Of a DNA stretch of 64,000 nt, positions 15,795 through 29,549 are shown piece after piece. The notes beneath the pieces were generated by a model. That model did not search any database. It was not told the origin of the DNA and saw nothing but the letters and a program-made list of their open reading frames with translations. The DNA is from Escherichia coli (lineage in GTDB: Bacteria; Pseudomonadota; Gammaproteobacteria; Enterobacterales; Enterobacteriaceae), in assembly GCF_044647545.1 (NCBI RefSeq), contig NZ_CP172818.1, one strand, 5' to 3'. Both the position numbers and the translations under genes were made by a program. Positions within the stretch are counted from its first letter, which is position 1. Every line of letters begins with the position of its first letter.

Positions 15795-17495
15795 TCATTG
15801 CGACGGCGCGGGAAGCCAGGCTTCGGTAAATTCAAACCAGCCGCGCGGTGTCAGTCGCACACCGTTCACGCCGGGAGGGGCGCTAATGCGATAGTGATAG
15901 TTGAACAGCGGCGTCAGCGTCGCATCTGCCATTAACTGGCTAAAAACCGCTTTCAGGGCATTAAATCGGTTTTCCTCATCAGGCATTACTTGCACCGCGT
16001 CCAGTGTCGATTGCAAATGTGCATATGCTGGAGCGTCGAAAACATGTGGCCACAGTGGATCGCAACGCAGCCATTGCTCCAGGGTATATTCCGGTGCTTC
16101 GCCAATTAATCTGTCGCCCATCATGAGGTCTGCGTGTGCCAGTAGGGTCGTGTCGTCCCAGTTTTTTGCGTTATGAAAAATAATTGTAAGTTCACAGCCT
16201 TCCGCTGCCAGTGTCGCCTGTAGACGTTCTGCCATGGTATGAAGTTCTATCGGTAGGTGATAAACCAGCGTCAAGGTTTTCGGTAGTTTGACCTCATCCG
16301 GTACTTGCCATTGCGGAATAGTCCAGCCTGGCAGTAATGCATGACTGGCGGTGATCAGGTTTTCTCCGACTTCTAACGTTTGTAATAAACCGGATTGATG
16401 AATAATGGAGATCACTTTTCGCGCCTGCCAGAGGGACAGTCGGGGACTTTTGCGCAACGTTAAATAGCAAAAACCTAAACTGATGCCACTACTGACCTGG
16501 CTGACCCGTTGCAGCTCCTCCGGTTTGCCGATGGTGATTTGCACGGGATGCCGACAACTGGTTCCCAAATCTTTTTCGAAAAGCGGCGGAGTTATCCAGT
16601 ACTCAACCGCTTTAAGCAGCGGATGACGTAAATGGTAATAATCATGGCTTTCCAGGCGCACCAGCTCCGCTGTGAATTGTGTTAAGCGAAAAGGACCCGT
16701 GCCGATCAGTGGGAATTGCGGATGCGCCAGATGGCTGCAATAGCTCGCCAGCCGGTGCGCAAGCCAGTAATCAGGGCGATGTAAAAAGAAGGTCAGACAC
16801 TGCGGATGGGTGACTTCAATACGCTTCACGCTAATAAATAATTGATCCACTGCTGGCAGTTGTAACAGCATCAATAATCGCTGGTGTAAGTGTGAGGCTT
16901 TTACTGCATCGCCGTTATGCCAGTGTAGGGTTGAACGAAGATAAAAGTCCCAGCGTAACCCGTCAGTAGAGGTTTCCCAGTGATGCGCTAAATCGCCAAT
17001 CGGGCGCTGGGTATTATTATCGAAGCGGGTCAGGCCGGAAAATATCTGCCCGGCCAGATGCTGCTCGGCACGGCCGGGCAAAAAGCCCGGTTGTAGCGGT
17101 TCGAGCGGGCGATAGTAGGGAATACGCAACGTGGGCGTATCGTTTTGCCATTGTCCGCCCATAAACGGCTGTAACAGAGTGCGCAGCTCACCTGGGGCCA
17201 GTTGCGCCAGCTCCAGCACATCTTGCTGCTTTCCGGTTTCCAGCGCCTGTTCCATCATCGCATTGCGTAGCGATTCTGGCGTGACCAGAAAGCGTAATTG
17301 TCCGCGCTTTCCGCGTCCTGACTGCGCCTGCCACTCCAGCCATCCCGCCTCCTGTGCCTGGCGTAACAGCGTACGAACATGGCGTTCGCTGCAAAAACAG
17401 CGTTCGGCCAGTTCGCTGACTGTGACGGTTTGCGGCTTTCCGGCGGAAGGTTGCCACAGACGTTGATACTGGTTAAGACGGTTGAGCAGTCGCAT
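15795..17495 (-). CDS. ybaE: SgrR-family protein: N-terminal winged-HTH plus C-terminal solute-binding-protein-like domain (function unknown)
   Basis: 566 aa from ATG at 17493-17495 (MRLLNRLNQYQRL...); track ORF starts 5 codons upstream at a TTG. Confidence 0.88.
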   Translation of the reverse strand: MRLLNRLNQYQRLWQPSAGKPQTVTVSELAERCFCSERHVRTLLRQAQEAGWLEWQAQSGRGKRGQLRFLVTPESLRNAMMEQALETGKQQDVLELAQLAPGELRTLLQPFMGGQWQNDTPTLRIPYYRPLEPLQPGFLPGRAEQHLAGQIFSGLTRFDNNTQRPIGDLAHHWETSTDGLRWDFYLRSTLHWHNGDAVKASHLHQRLLMLLQLPAVDQLFISVKRIEVTHPQCLTFFLHRPDYWLAHRLASYCSHLAHPQFPLIGTGPFRLTQFTAELVRLESHDYYHLRHPLLKAVEYWITPPLFEKDLGTSCRHPVQITIGKPEELQRVSQVSSGISLGFCYLTLRKSPRLSLWQARKVISIIHQSGLLQTLEVGENLITASHALLPGWTIPQWQVPDEVKLPKTLTLVYHLPIELHTMAERLQATLAAEGCELTIIFHNAKNWDDTTLLAHADLMMGDRLIGEAPEYTLEQWLRCDPLWPHVFDAPAYAHLQSTLDAVQVMPDEENRFNALKAVFSQLMADATLTPLFNYHYRISAPPGVNGVRLTPRGWFEFTEAWLPAPSQ

Positions 17496-17594
17496 ATAAA
17501 CCCGGAACAATATTATTTAACTATTCACTATTACTTCCGTATATATCAGGTGATACTCAATCACTATTAACCGTGTCACAGAGTGGAGAAAGAA

Positions 17595-18413
17595 ATGGCT
17601 CGTCTGGCAGCATTTGATATGGATGGCACTTTATTGATGCCTGACCATCATTTAGGTGAGAAAACCCTCTCTACTTTGGCGCGGCTGCGTGAACGCGACA
17701 TTACCCTCACTTTTGCCACGGGGCGTCATGCGCTGGAGATGCAGCATATTCTCGGGGCGCTATCGCTGGATGCATATTTGATTACCGGCAACGGAACGCG
17801 CGTGCATTCTCTGGAAGGTGAACTTTTACATCGTGATGATTTACCTGCGGATGTCGCGGAGCTGGTGCTGTATCAGCAATGGGATACCCGAGCCAGCATG
17901 CATATCTTCAATGACGATGGTTGGTTTACCGGGAAAGAGATCCCTGCGTTGTTGCAGGCATTTGTCTATAGCGGTTTTCGTTATCAGATAATCGATGTCA
18001 AAAAAATGCCACTCGGCAGCGTCACCAAGATCTGCTTCTGTGGCGATCACGACGATCTTACACGCTTGCAGATCCAGCTATACGAAGCATTAGGCGAGCG
18101 TGCACATTTATGTTTTTCCGCCACGGATTGCCTCGAAGTGCTGCCGGTGGGCTGCAATAAAGGCGCTGCATTGACGGTGCTGACCCAACATTTAGGTTTA
18201 TCGTTACGCGATTGCATGGCCTTTGGTGATGCGATGAACGATCGCGAAATGTTAGGCAGTGTCGGTAGCGGATTTATTATGGGCAATGCGATGCCGCAAC
18301 TGCGCGCGGAGCTCCCGCATTTACCGGTGATTGGACATTGCCGAAATCAGGCTGTCTCTCACTATTTGACGCACTGGCTGGACTATCCACATCTACCTTA
18401 TTCCCCCGAATAA
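17595..18413 (+). CDS. cof: HAD-family phosphatase Cof (HMP-PP phosphatase)
   Basis: 272 aa from [14 protein letters not shown] (HAD motif I DxDGT); track ORF begins at upstream GTG. Confidence 0.92.
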
Positions 18414-18565
18414 CGAGATCCCTTCCAGCACCGGGCAATTGCCCGGTTTTTTTTGCGTTGAATTTGTCATTTTGTGCCGTGGTGCTTAAACCGCACAGAA
18501 TAAATTGTCGCGATTTCACCTTTAAAATAGAATTAAAAGAGAAAAAAATTCTCTGTGGAAGGGCT

Positions 18566-19024
18566 ATGTTAGATAAAATTGACCGTAAGCTGCTGGCCTT
18601 GCTACAGCAGGATTGCACCCTCTCTTTGCAGGCACTGGCTGAAGCCGTTAATCTGACAACCACCCCCTGCTGGAAGCGTCTGAAACGGCTGGAGGACGAC
18701 GGTATCCTTATCGGCAAAGTCGCCCTGCTGGATCCGGAAAAAATAGGCCTCGGCCTGACCGCCTTTGTGCTGATAAAAACGCAACATCACAGCAGCGAAT
18801 GGTATTGCCGCTTTGTCACGGTGGTTACCGAAATGCCAGAAGTGCTGGGGTTCTGGCGCATGGCCGGTGAATACGATTATCTGATGCGCGTCCAGGTTGC
18901 CGACATGAAACGCTACGACGAGTTTTATAAGCGTCTGGTAAACAGCGTGCCGGGGCTGTCGGACGTCACTTCCAGCTTCGCGATGGAACAGATTAAATAC
19001 ACCACTTCTTTACCCATCGAATAA
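18566..19024 (+). CDS. decR: Lrp/AsnC-family transcriptional regulator
   Basis: 152 aa from [16 protein letters not shown]; track ORF is 5'-extended by 76 codons. Also known as ybaO. Confidence 0.9.
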
Positions 19025-19053
19025 ATATCCAGAATCAGGTCAGGACACAACGC

Positions 19054-22600
<3,547 letters not shown>

Positions 22601-22712
22601 ATAGCGCAATATTTCATCGTTGGTGCAAAAATGTAACGCACTGTGCACTGTCATAGTGCGTTTTCATTTTCAATCTTCTTAACTTCCTGCTCTCTTTCTC
22701 GTTTTTCATTTC

Positions 22713-22728
22713 TGGCACACCGCTTGCA
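22713..22728 (+). promoter_or_regulatory. sigma54 (-24/-12) promoter of glnK-amtB
   Basis: TGGCAC-N5-TTGCA at 22713-22728, about 50 nt upstream of glnK; TGGTGCA / GCAC...GTGC NtrC-like half-sites upstream at about 22620-22665. Confidence 0.75.
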
Positions 22729-22780
22729 ATACCTTCTTCGTGTAGCAGAACCATTACCGAATTCTGACCGGAGGGGATCT

Positions 22781-23119
22781 ATGAAGCTGGTGACCGTGAT
22801 AATCAAACCATTCAAGCTGGAAGACGTTCGTGAAGCGTTATCTTCCATTGGTATTCAGGGCCTGACCGTCACCGAAGTGAAAGGTTTCGGGCGTCAGAAA
22901 GGACATGCCGAGCTGTACCGGGGGGCGGAATACAGCGTCAATTTCCTGCCAAAAGTAAAAATTGATGTGGCGATTGCTGATGACCAACTCGATGAAGTGA
23001 TCGATATCGTCAGTAAGGCGGCTTACACCGGAAAAATTGGCGACGGCAAAATCTTCGTCGCTGAATTGCAACGCGTCATTCGTATTCGTACCGGCGAAGC
23101 CGACGAAGCGGCGCTGTAA
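22781..23119 (+). CDS. glnK: Nitrogen regulatory protein PII-2
   Basis: 112 aa from MKLVTVIIKPFKLEDVREAL; track ORF is 5'-extended. Confidence 0.95.
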   Translation: MKLVTVIIKPFKLEDVREALSSIGIQGLTVTEVKGFGRQKGHAELYRGAEYSVNFLPKVKIDVAIADDQLDEVIDIVSKAAYTGKIGDGKIFVAELQRVIRIRTGEADEAAL

Positions 23120-23148
23120 TCTCTGGCACACAGCAACAGGAACGAAAA

Positions 23149-24435
23149 ATGAAGATAGCGACGATAAAAACTGGGCTTGCTTCACTGGCGATGCTGCCGG
23201 GACTGGTAATGGCTGCACCTGCGGTGGCCGATAAAGCCGACAATGCGTTTATGATGATTTGTACTGCGCTGGTGCTGTTTATGACTATTCCGGGGATTGC
23301 CCTGTTTTACGGTGGGTTGATTCGCGGCAAAAACGTGCTGTCGATGCTGACGCAGGTGACGGTGACGTTTGCACTGGTCTGTATTCTCTGGGTGGTTTAC
23401 GGTTACTCGCTGGCGTTTGGTGAGGGAAACAACTTCTTCGGCAACATTAACTGGTTGATGCTGAAAAATATCGAACTGACGGCGGTGATGGGCAGCATTT
23501 ATCAGTATATCCACGTAGCGTTTCAGGGATCGTTTGCCTGCATTACCGTAGGCTTGATAGTTGGAGCACTGGCGGAACGAATCCGTTTCTCAGCTGTGTT
23601 GATTTTCGTGGTGGTATGGCTGACGCTCTCCTACATTCCGATTGCGCATATGGTCTGGGGCGGCGGTTTGCTGGCTTCTCACGGTGCACTGGATTTTGCG
23701 GGTGGCACTGTGGTGCACATTAACGCCGCAATCGCCGGTCTGGTGGGCGCGTATCTGATAGGCAAACGCGTGGGCTTCGGCAAAGAGGCGTTTAAACCGC
23801 ACAACCTGCCGATGGTCTTCACCGGGACTGCCATTCTCTATATCGGTTGGTTTGGCTTTAACGCCGGGTCAGCGGGCACGGCGAATGAAATCGCAGCACT
23901 GGCATTTGTGAATACTGTGGTCGCAACGGCGGCGGCAATTCTTGGCTGGATCTTCGGTGAATGGGCGCTGCGTGGTAAGCCTTCACTGCTGGGAGCGTGT
24001 TCAGGCGCGATTGCCGGTCTGGTCGGCGTGACGCCAGCGTGTGGCTACATTGGTGTTGGCGGCGCGTTGATTATCGGCGTGGTAGCTGGTCTGGCGGGCT
24101 TGTGGGGCGTTACCATGCTCAAACGCTTGCTGCGGGTGGATGATCCCTGCGATGTCTTCGGTGTGCACGGCGTTTGTGGCATTGTCGGCTGTATCATGAC
24201 CGGGATTTTTGCCGCCAGTTCGCTGGGTGGCGTGGGCTTCGCTGAAGGTGTGACGATGGGCCATCAGTTGCTGGTACAGCTGGAAAGCATCGCCATTACG
24301 ATCGTCTGGTCCGGTGTGGTGGCATTTATTGGCTACAAACTGGCGGATCTGACGGTTGGCCTGCGTGTGCCGGAAGAACAAGAGCGAGAAGGGCTGGACG
24401 TCAACAGCCACGGCGAGAATGCCTATAACGCGTAA
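23149..24435 (+). CDS. amtB: Ammonium transporter
   Basis: 428 aa with signal peptide and Amt-family membrane domain; recognised as AmtB. Confidence 0.96.
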   Translation: MKIATIKTGLASLAMLPGLVMAAPAVADKADNAFMMICTALVLFMTIPGIALFYGGLIRGKNVLSMLTQVTVTFALVCILWVVYGYSLAFGEGNNFFGNINWLMLKNIELTAVMGSIYQYIHVAFQGSFACITVGLIVGALAERIRFSAVLIFVVVWLTLSYIPIAHMVWGGGLLASHGALDFAGGTVVHINAAIAGLVGAYLIGKRVGFGKEAFKPHNLPMVFTGTAILYIGWFGFNAGSAGTANEIAALAFVNTVVATAAAILGWIFGEWALRGKPSLLGACSGAIAGLVGVTPACGYIGVGGALIIGVVAGLAGLWGVTMLKRLLRVDDPCDVFGVHGVCGIVGCIMTGIFAASSLGGVGFAEGVTMGHQLLVQLESIAITIVWSGVVAFIGYKLADLTVGLRVPEEQEREGLDVNSHGENAYNA

Positions 24436-24444
24436 CAAGCACTG

Positions 24445-24485
24445 CAAAAAACAGCCGGACGGTTTTCACCTCCGGCTATTTTTTT
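24445..24485. terminator. Bidirectional terminator between amtB (+) and tesB (-)
   Basis: A-run, hairpin AGCCGGA...TCCGGCT, then T-run; overlaps tesB stop codon. Confidence 0.75.
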
Positions 24486-25344
24486 AATTGTGATTACGCA
24501 TTACCCCTTCCTGAACGGTCGAGGCAACCAGCACGCCGTCCTGAGTATAAAACTCACCGCGCACAAAGCCGCGTGCGCTGGACGCCGAGGTGCTTTCCAC
24601 GCTATACAGCAGCCATTCATTCAAATTAAACGGGCGATGGAACCACATGGAATGGTCAATGGTGGCAATCTGAATCCCTGGTTCGAGAAAACCGATGCCG
24701 TGCGGCTGTAGAGCTACCGGCAGGAAGTTAAGATCAGAAGCGTAACCGAGCAGATACTGATGAACGCGCAGATCATCCGGCACGCTACCATTTGCGCGGA
24801 TCCACACCTGACGATGCGGTTCTGCGACGTGCCCTTTCAGTGGGTTATGAAACTCCACCGGACGGACTTCAAGCGGACGATCGCAGATGAATTTATCTTT
24901 CAGCACTGGCGGCAGCAGGTGCGCCAGCGATTGGGCGATTTGCGTTTCCGAAGGCAGGCCATCAGGCGCTGGCGCGGACGGCATTGTTTTTTGATGTTCG
25001 AAACCCGCTTCTGGTGCCTGGAAAGAGGCAGTCATATAAAAAATCGGTTTGCCGTTTTGAATAGCAGCAACCCGGCGGGCGCTGAAGCTGTTACCGTCAC
25101 GCAGCGTTTCGACATCATAAATAATCGGTTTCTTACTATCGCCTGGGCGAAGAAAGTAGCTGTGAAACGAATGTACCAGCCGCTCTTCAGGGACGGTCTC
25201 TTTTGCAGCATACAAGGCCTGACCCACGACCTGGCCGCCAAACACCTGGCGTAAACCTAAATCTTCACTCTGGCCGCGAAAGAGTCCTTCCTCAATTTTT
25301 TCCAGATTTAACAATGTCAGTAAATTTTTTAGCGCCTGACTCAT
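24484..25344 (-). CDS. tesB: Acyl-CoA thioesterase II
   Basis: 286 aa from [20 protein letters not shown]; track ORF is 5'-extended by 28 codons. Confidence 0.93.
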
Positions 25345-25561
25345 ATAACTCTCCAGTAACAAAGCTGCCGCAGCAAGCCAAAGTGAGTTGAGTATAACGC
25401 AAATTTGCCACTGGTCCGATGGGTGCAATGGTCTGAATTACGGGCTAATTACAGGCAGAAATGCGTGATGTGTGCCACACTTGTTGACGTTACTATTTTG
25501 TTAACCACTCTTCCGGCGAGGAAAGTTAGCCCGCTGGTGCATTGATAATAAGGAGAAGTGA

Positions 25562-26134
25562 ATGAAACTCGTGCACATGGCCAGTGGTTTAGCGGTTGCG
25601 ATTGCGTTGGCGGCTTGCGCAGATAAAAGCGCGGATATTCAGACGCCAGCACCGGCTGCAAATACGTCTATTTCAGCAACACAACAACCTGCTATCCAGC
25701 AACCGAATGTCTCCGGTACCGTCTGGATCCGTCAGAAAGTCGCACTGCCGCCTGATGCTGTGCTGACCGTGACACTTTCTGACGCGTCTTTAGCCGATGC
25801 GCCGTCGAAAGTGCTGGCGCAGAAAGCGGTGCGTACCGAAGGTAAACAGTCACCATTCAGCTTTGTTCTGCCATTTAACCCGGCAGATGTTCAGCCGAAT
25901 GCGCGTATTCTGTTGAGTGCGGCGATTACCGTGAATGACAAACTGGTATTTATTACCGATACCGTTCAGCCGGTGATCAACCAGGGCGGAACTAAAGCCG
26001 ACCTGACATTGGTGCCGGTGCAGCAAACCGCCGTGCCGGTTCAGGCCAGCGGTGGCGCAACGACTACCGTACCTTCGACTTCACCAACTCAGGTGAATCC
26101 GTCTTCGGCAGTTCCAGCTCCTACGCAATATTAA
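25562..26134 (+). CDS. ybaY: Lipoprotein YbaY (function unknown)
   Basis: 190 aa, signal peptide with lipobox (LAAC), low-complexity Pro/Ala/Thr-rich tail. Confidence 0.9.
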   Translation: MKLVHMASGLAVAIALAACADKSADIQTPAPAANTSISATQQPAIQQPNVSGTVWIRQKVALPPDAVLTVTLSDASLADAPSKVLAQKAVRTEGKQSPFSFVLPFNPADVQPNARILLSAAITVNDKLVFITDTVQPVINQGGTKADLTLVPVQQTAVPVQASGGATTTVPSTSPTQVNPSSAVPAPTQY

Positions 26135-26141
26135 GCGCAGT

Positions 26142-26168
26142 TAACCCTCTCCGCCCGGAGAGGGTTAG
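26142..26168. terminator. Perfect hairpin between convergent ybaY and atl
   Basis: TAACCCTCTCC-GCCC-GGAGAGGGTTA, 11-bp perfect stem; no adjacent U-tract; overlaps atl stop codon. Confidence 0.55.
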
Positions 26169-26554
26169 TAGTTCCAGCGATAACGCTGCAAGTCGATTTG
26201 CCCGCTTCCCGATACCATCACACCTTCTGCCAGTAATGCCTGTCGTTGACGCTGTAAATCCGGTCCGGTTAGCGAAATTGTGCCGTGGCGATTAACCACC
26301 CGGTGCCAGGGCAAGGTGCTGCCTTCAGGGAGACGCTTTAACACACCGCCCACCTGGCGCGCGGCGCGGGGCGATCCTGCCAGTTTCGCCACATCACCGT
26401 AAGTGGTGACATAGCCTTCGGGAATAGCGGCGACGATTTGCCAGACGCGTTGGGGAAATGAATCTTCTTTTTCCATCTTTTCTTCCTGAGGTAATTTTTC
26501 AGCATAATCTGGAAAAACGCCCGAGTGAAGCCGCATTGCGCAAGAAACCAGCAT
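26165..26554 (-). CDS. atl: Alkyltransferase-like protein (MGMT-like DNA-binding domain lacking the active-site Cys)
   Basis: 129 aa from MLVSCAMRLHSGVFPDYAEK; contains PWHRVV in place of PCHRV. Also known as ybaZ. Confidence 0.9.
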   Translation of the reverse strand: MLVSCAMRLHSGVFPDYAEKLPQEEKMEKEDSFPQRVWQIVAAIPEGYVTTYGDVAKLAGSPRAARQVGGVLKRLPEGSTLPWHRVVNRHGTISLTGPDLQRQRQALLAEGVMVSGSGQIDLQRYRWNY

Positions 26555-26630
26555 CTGGCACGCAATGGGTTGCAATTAGCCGGGGCAGCAGTGATAATGC
26601 GCCTGCGCGTTGGTTCTCAACGCTCTCAAT

Positions 26631-26744
26631 GGGGGCTCTGTTGGTTCTCCCGCAACGCTACTCTGTTTACCAGGTCAGGTCCGGAAGGAAGCAGCCAAGG
26701 CAGATGACGCGTGTGCCGGGATGTAGCTGGCAGGGCCCCCACCC
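26631..26744 (+). ncRNA. ffs: 4.5S RNA (signal recognition particle RNA)
   Basis: 114 nt GGGGGCTCTGTTGGTTCTCCCGCAACGC...GGCAGGGCCCCCACCC matches the E. coli SRP RNA as I recall it; lies in the atl-ybaA intergenic region. Confidence 0.93.
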
Positions 26745-26854
26745 ATTTCTGCCTCCCCCCGTTTCGTCAAAAAATCCCAATATGGCTAAACTTTAACCAC
26801 AACTGACGTCGCAAGAATTGTCTGGCTGCGCAGTACGCTTCGGAGGTATGTCTG

Positions 26855-27208
26855 ATGAAGTATGTTGATGGTTTTGTGGTTGCCGTTCCTGCCGATAAAA
26901 AGGATGCCTATCGGGAAATGGCTGCTAAGGCTGCGCCATTGTTTAAAGAGTTTGGCGCGCTTCGTATTGTCGAATGCTGGGCCAGCGATGTACCGGATGG
27001 TAAAGTGACCGATTTTCGTATGGCGGTGAAAGCGGAAGAGAATGAAGAGGTTGTCTTTAGCTGGATTGAATACCCTTCAAAAGAGGTCCGCGACGCTGCT
27101 AATCAAAAGATGATGTCGGACCCACGGATGAAAGAGTTCGGCGAGTCCATGCCGTTTGATGGCAAGCGAATGATCTATGGCGGATTCGAGTCAATCATCG
27201 ACGAATAG
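26855..27208 (+). CDS. ybaA: DUF1428 family protein
   Basis: 117 aa ORF recognised as YbaA. Confidence 0.9.
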   Translation: MKYVDGFVVAVPADKKDAYREMAAKAAPLFKEFGALRIVECWASDVPDGKVTDFRMAVKAEENEEVVFSWIEYPSKEVRDAANQKMMSDPRMKEFGESMPFDGKRMIYGGFESIIDE

Positions 27209-27214
27209 GTAGCG

Positions 27215-27248
27215 TGACGGGCTGTGCGGCGTGCCGTCAGCCCAAAAA
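27215..27248 (-). terminator. Putative terminator downstream of pdeB (minus strand)
   Basis: Hairpin TGACGG...CCGTCA with A-run on plus strand (U-run on minus strand). Confidence 0.5.
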
Positions 27249-27249
27249 T

Positions 27250-28800
27250 TCACAAATGTTGCTCGGCCCAGCGTAAGAAATCCTCTTTCGGTAATGCCTT
27301 GCTGTAGAGCCAGCCCTGGCCGTAGTGCACGCCATGCTGGCGTAGCCACTCTTCTTGTTTACTGGTTTCGATTCCCTCCGCTACCATTTTCAGTTTCAGT
27401 GTTTTTGCCATTTCGATGATATGTGGCGTGACATTTTTATATTCCAGCGCATCAACGAAAGATTTATCGATCTTCAGAATGTCGACATCCAGATCCTGTA
27501 AATAGCTTAAACTTGAATACCCCGTACCAAAATCATCGAGATAAATTTCATGGCCCGCCTCCCGGTAGCGAGAAATTATCGGGGCGCTGGTTTTCGGATC
27601 GGCAAACTCGCGTTCAGTGAGTTCAAGCGCGATCTGTCTGGGATTAACCTGATAGTGATTGATCATTTCACGCAGCAATTGCGGGATTTTTTCCGAGGTG
27701 AGCACGGTGGATTCAAGATTGATCGAAATATGCTGCTGCGGATGCTGACGCAGCCAGTCGCCCATATCTTCAAAGACACTTTTTATAATCAGTAGCGTCA
27801 ACGGCTCAGAAAGCCCCGTTTGCTGTGCCAGCGGAATAAAACTATCTGGTGACAACCAACTACCGTCTGTCTGCGGCCAGCGCGCCAGTGCCTCAGCACC
27901 GACAATTTTGCCATTGGCTAAGGAGACAATCGGCTGATAGTGCACGCAAATATCACGATTTTCGATAGCATCCTGCAGCCGATGATGCGGTGACTGGATA
28001 CGGCGCAAAATACGCAGCACAAACATCGCTGCCAGCAGGCCAATCACCAACCCGAGCGGTAACCAAATAAAGACTTGCCGATGCCAGCCTTTCTGCAACA
28101 TTTTCGTTGAAGCCCAGGTGATGATCGAAATATTCATCTCCGGTAAGGGCAGGATATCGTAAATGATTCCATTATTTTCGATATGCTCACCGGGTGTTTT
28201 TTGTAGTCTGGTAATAATTCCCTGAGCAATTTCATCGCTGCTGGTTATCACAACGTTATGGGCATTGCCAATAATGGCGGCATCAATTTGCCATGAGCTA
28301 TAGGGAATGACATCAATAAAGGAAGCGGGGTCGATCATGACGACATAATGTGCCGTTCCCATGGCGACCATGTAACGGATAATGCCTAAATCGTTATGCG
28401 ATGTTAACCAGACACGATAACCATCTTTCGAAATTTTACCTGGCTCGGGGAAGGCATCGGGTGGGCTTTCATGCTCCAGAGACGAACACAGGGGAACGTT
28501 GTTATCGATATAAACCACTTCCTGAATATAGCGATAACTGTAAGATACCCGACGCATTTCCATGAGATGGGCTGCGCTACAGGCAGCGCCTTGCCATCTT
28601 TCCAGCTCTTGCAGCGCATCTTTCCCTTGTGTCGCCACCTTATTGGCCCGAATAGCGACGCGGGAGGAATACGTATTCAGCTCTTCAATAAATGATGTTT
28701 CTACCTGCTGATGGGCCAGCCAGATGCTTAAGCCGACAGGCAGCAATACTGAAAGAATCAGTACTCCCGAAATAAGGCCGACCAGATGTCGTGTTCTCAC
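27250..28800 (-). CDS. pdeB: c-di-GMP phosphodiesterase (CSS periplasmic domain + EAL domain)
   Basis: EAL motifs present (EALARW, DDFGTGYSS); start chosen at GTG 28798-28800 (516 aa); an in-frame ATG two codons upstream (28806) is the track start. Also known as ylaB. Confidence 0.88.
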   Translation of the reverse strand: MRTRHLVGLISGVLILSVLLPVGLSIWLAHQQVETSFIEELNTYSSRVAIRANKVATQGKDALQELERWQGAACSAAHLMEMRRVSYSYRYIQEVVYIDNNVPLCSSLEHESPPDAFPEPGKISKDGYRVWLTSHNDLGIIRYMVAMGTAHYVVMIDPASFIDVIPYSSWQIDAAIIGNAHNVVITSSDEIAQGIITRLQKTPGEHIENNGIIYDILPLPEMNISIITWASTKMLQKGWHRQVFIWLPLGLVIGLLAAMFVLRILRRIQSPHHRLQDAIENRDICVHYQPIVSLANGKIVGAEALARWPQTDGSWLSPDSFIPLAQQTGLSEPLTLLIIKSVFEDMGDWLRQHPQQHISINLESTVLTSEKIPQLLREMINHYQVNPRQIALELTEREFADPKTSAPIISRYREAGHEIYLDDFGTGYSSLSYLQDLDVDILKIDKSFVDALEYKNVTPHIIEMAKTLKLKMVAEGIETSKQEEWLRQHGVHYGQGWLYSKALPKEDFLRWAEQHL

Positions 28801-28963
28801 CAGCATATCCTTATTAACACAGTGTAGGGAAAGTATATCTGATTGTGGAAAAAGGCTGGCAGGAGATAAGGAGGTAGAGCCGGGATTTCATGAAGTGATG
28901 GGTGGAAACGAACGTTGTCATTTGACCAGGCGCAGAGCTTTACGCCTGGTATGTAACCCTAAC

Positions 28964-29434
28964 TTAAGATGTTGATTCGGCGCGAGCGAGGGTAAAAATA
29001 TCGTAAAAAGACAGTTCACCTTTACGGACGAGCATTTTTTGCAGTTGTTCTTTATGAACATCCGCGACACGCGGAGAGTTCAAGATGGCTTCAACCAGCG
29101 CGGCAGGTACAAAGCGCGTGTTGTACCATTCGCCGTTATAGCAAACGCGGAAATCCAGCACGTCGATATCTTCATAGCGGTAGCGTGGGTAGACATCGAA
29201 AAAGAAGAAACCATTCAGCAGGATAAATAATACAACCAGTAGCCAGACAGAGCCTGAAAGCGTTTCGGACTGCAACATCACCGCCAGGGTGGCAAAAAAA
29301 GCAACGTACATACCGATAAACAGCCCCGGATGTTTACGGATAAAACTGATACTAAAGCGGGGTTTGTTGTCGCGTTTTTCGCGGGTATTCAGAGACTCAA
29401 TCGTTTCGGTCAGCAGGCGTTGTATTTCGGTCAT
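28964..29434 (-). CDS. ylaC: Inner membrane protein YlaC
   Basis: 156 aa from [15 protein letters not shown]; two predicted TM helices; track ORF is 5'-extended. Confidence 0.88.
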   Translation of the reverse strand: MTEIQRLLTETIESLNTREKRDNKPRFSISFIRKHPGLFIGMYVAFFATLAVMLQSETLSGSVWLLVVLFILLNGFFFFDVYPRYRYEDIDVLDFRVCYNGEWYNTRFVPAALVEAILNSPRVADVHKEQLQKMLVRKGELSFYDIFTLARAESTS

Positions 29435-29549
29435 CGTTTGCCTTCGTGGTATCTGCAACTTTCCAGGGAACACCCTATTTTAACGTGGGAATAGTAGAGG
29501 GAAAGTAACAGATTTGCCACGATTTTGCATAACAGTTGCGAAAAACTGG

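Noticed and set aside
22643-22780. N-terminal extension of the glnK ORF overlapping the sigma54 promoter
   Set aside because: The extension would place coding sequence over the TGGCAC-N5-TTGCA promoter; the true GlnK start is the ATG at 22781.
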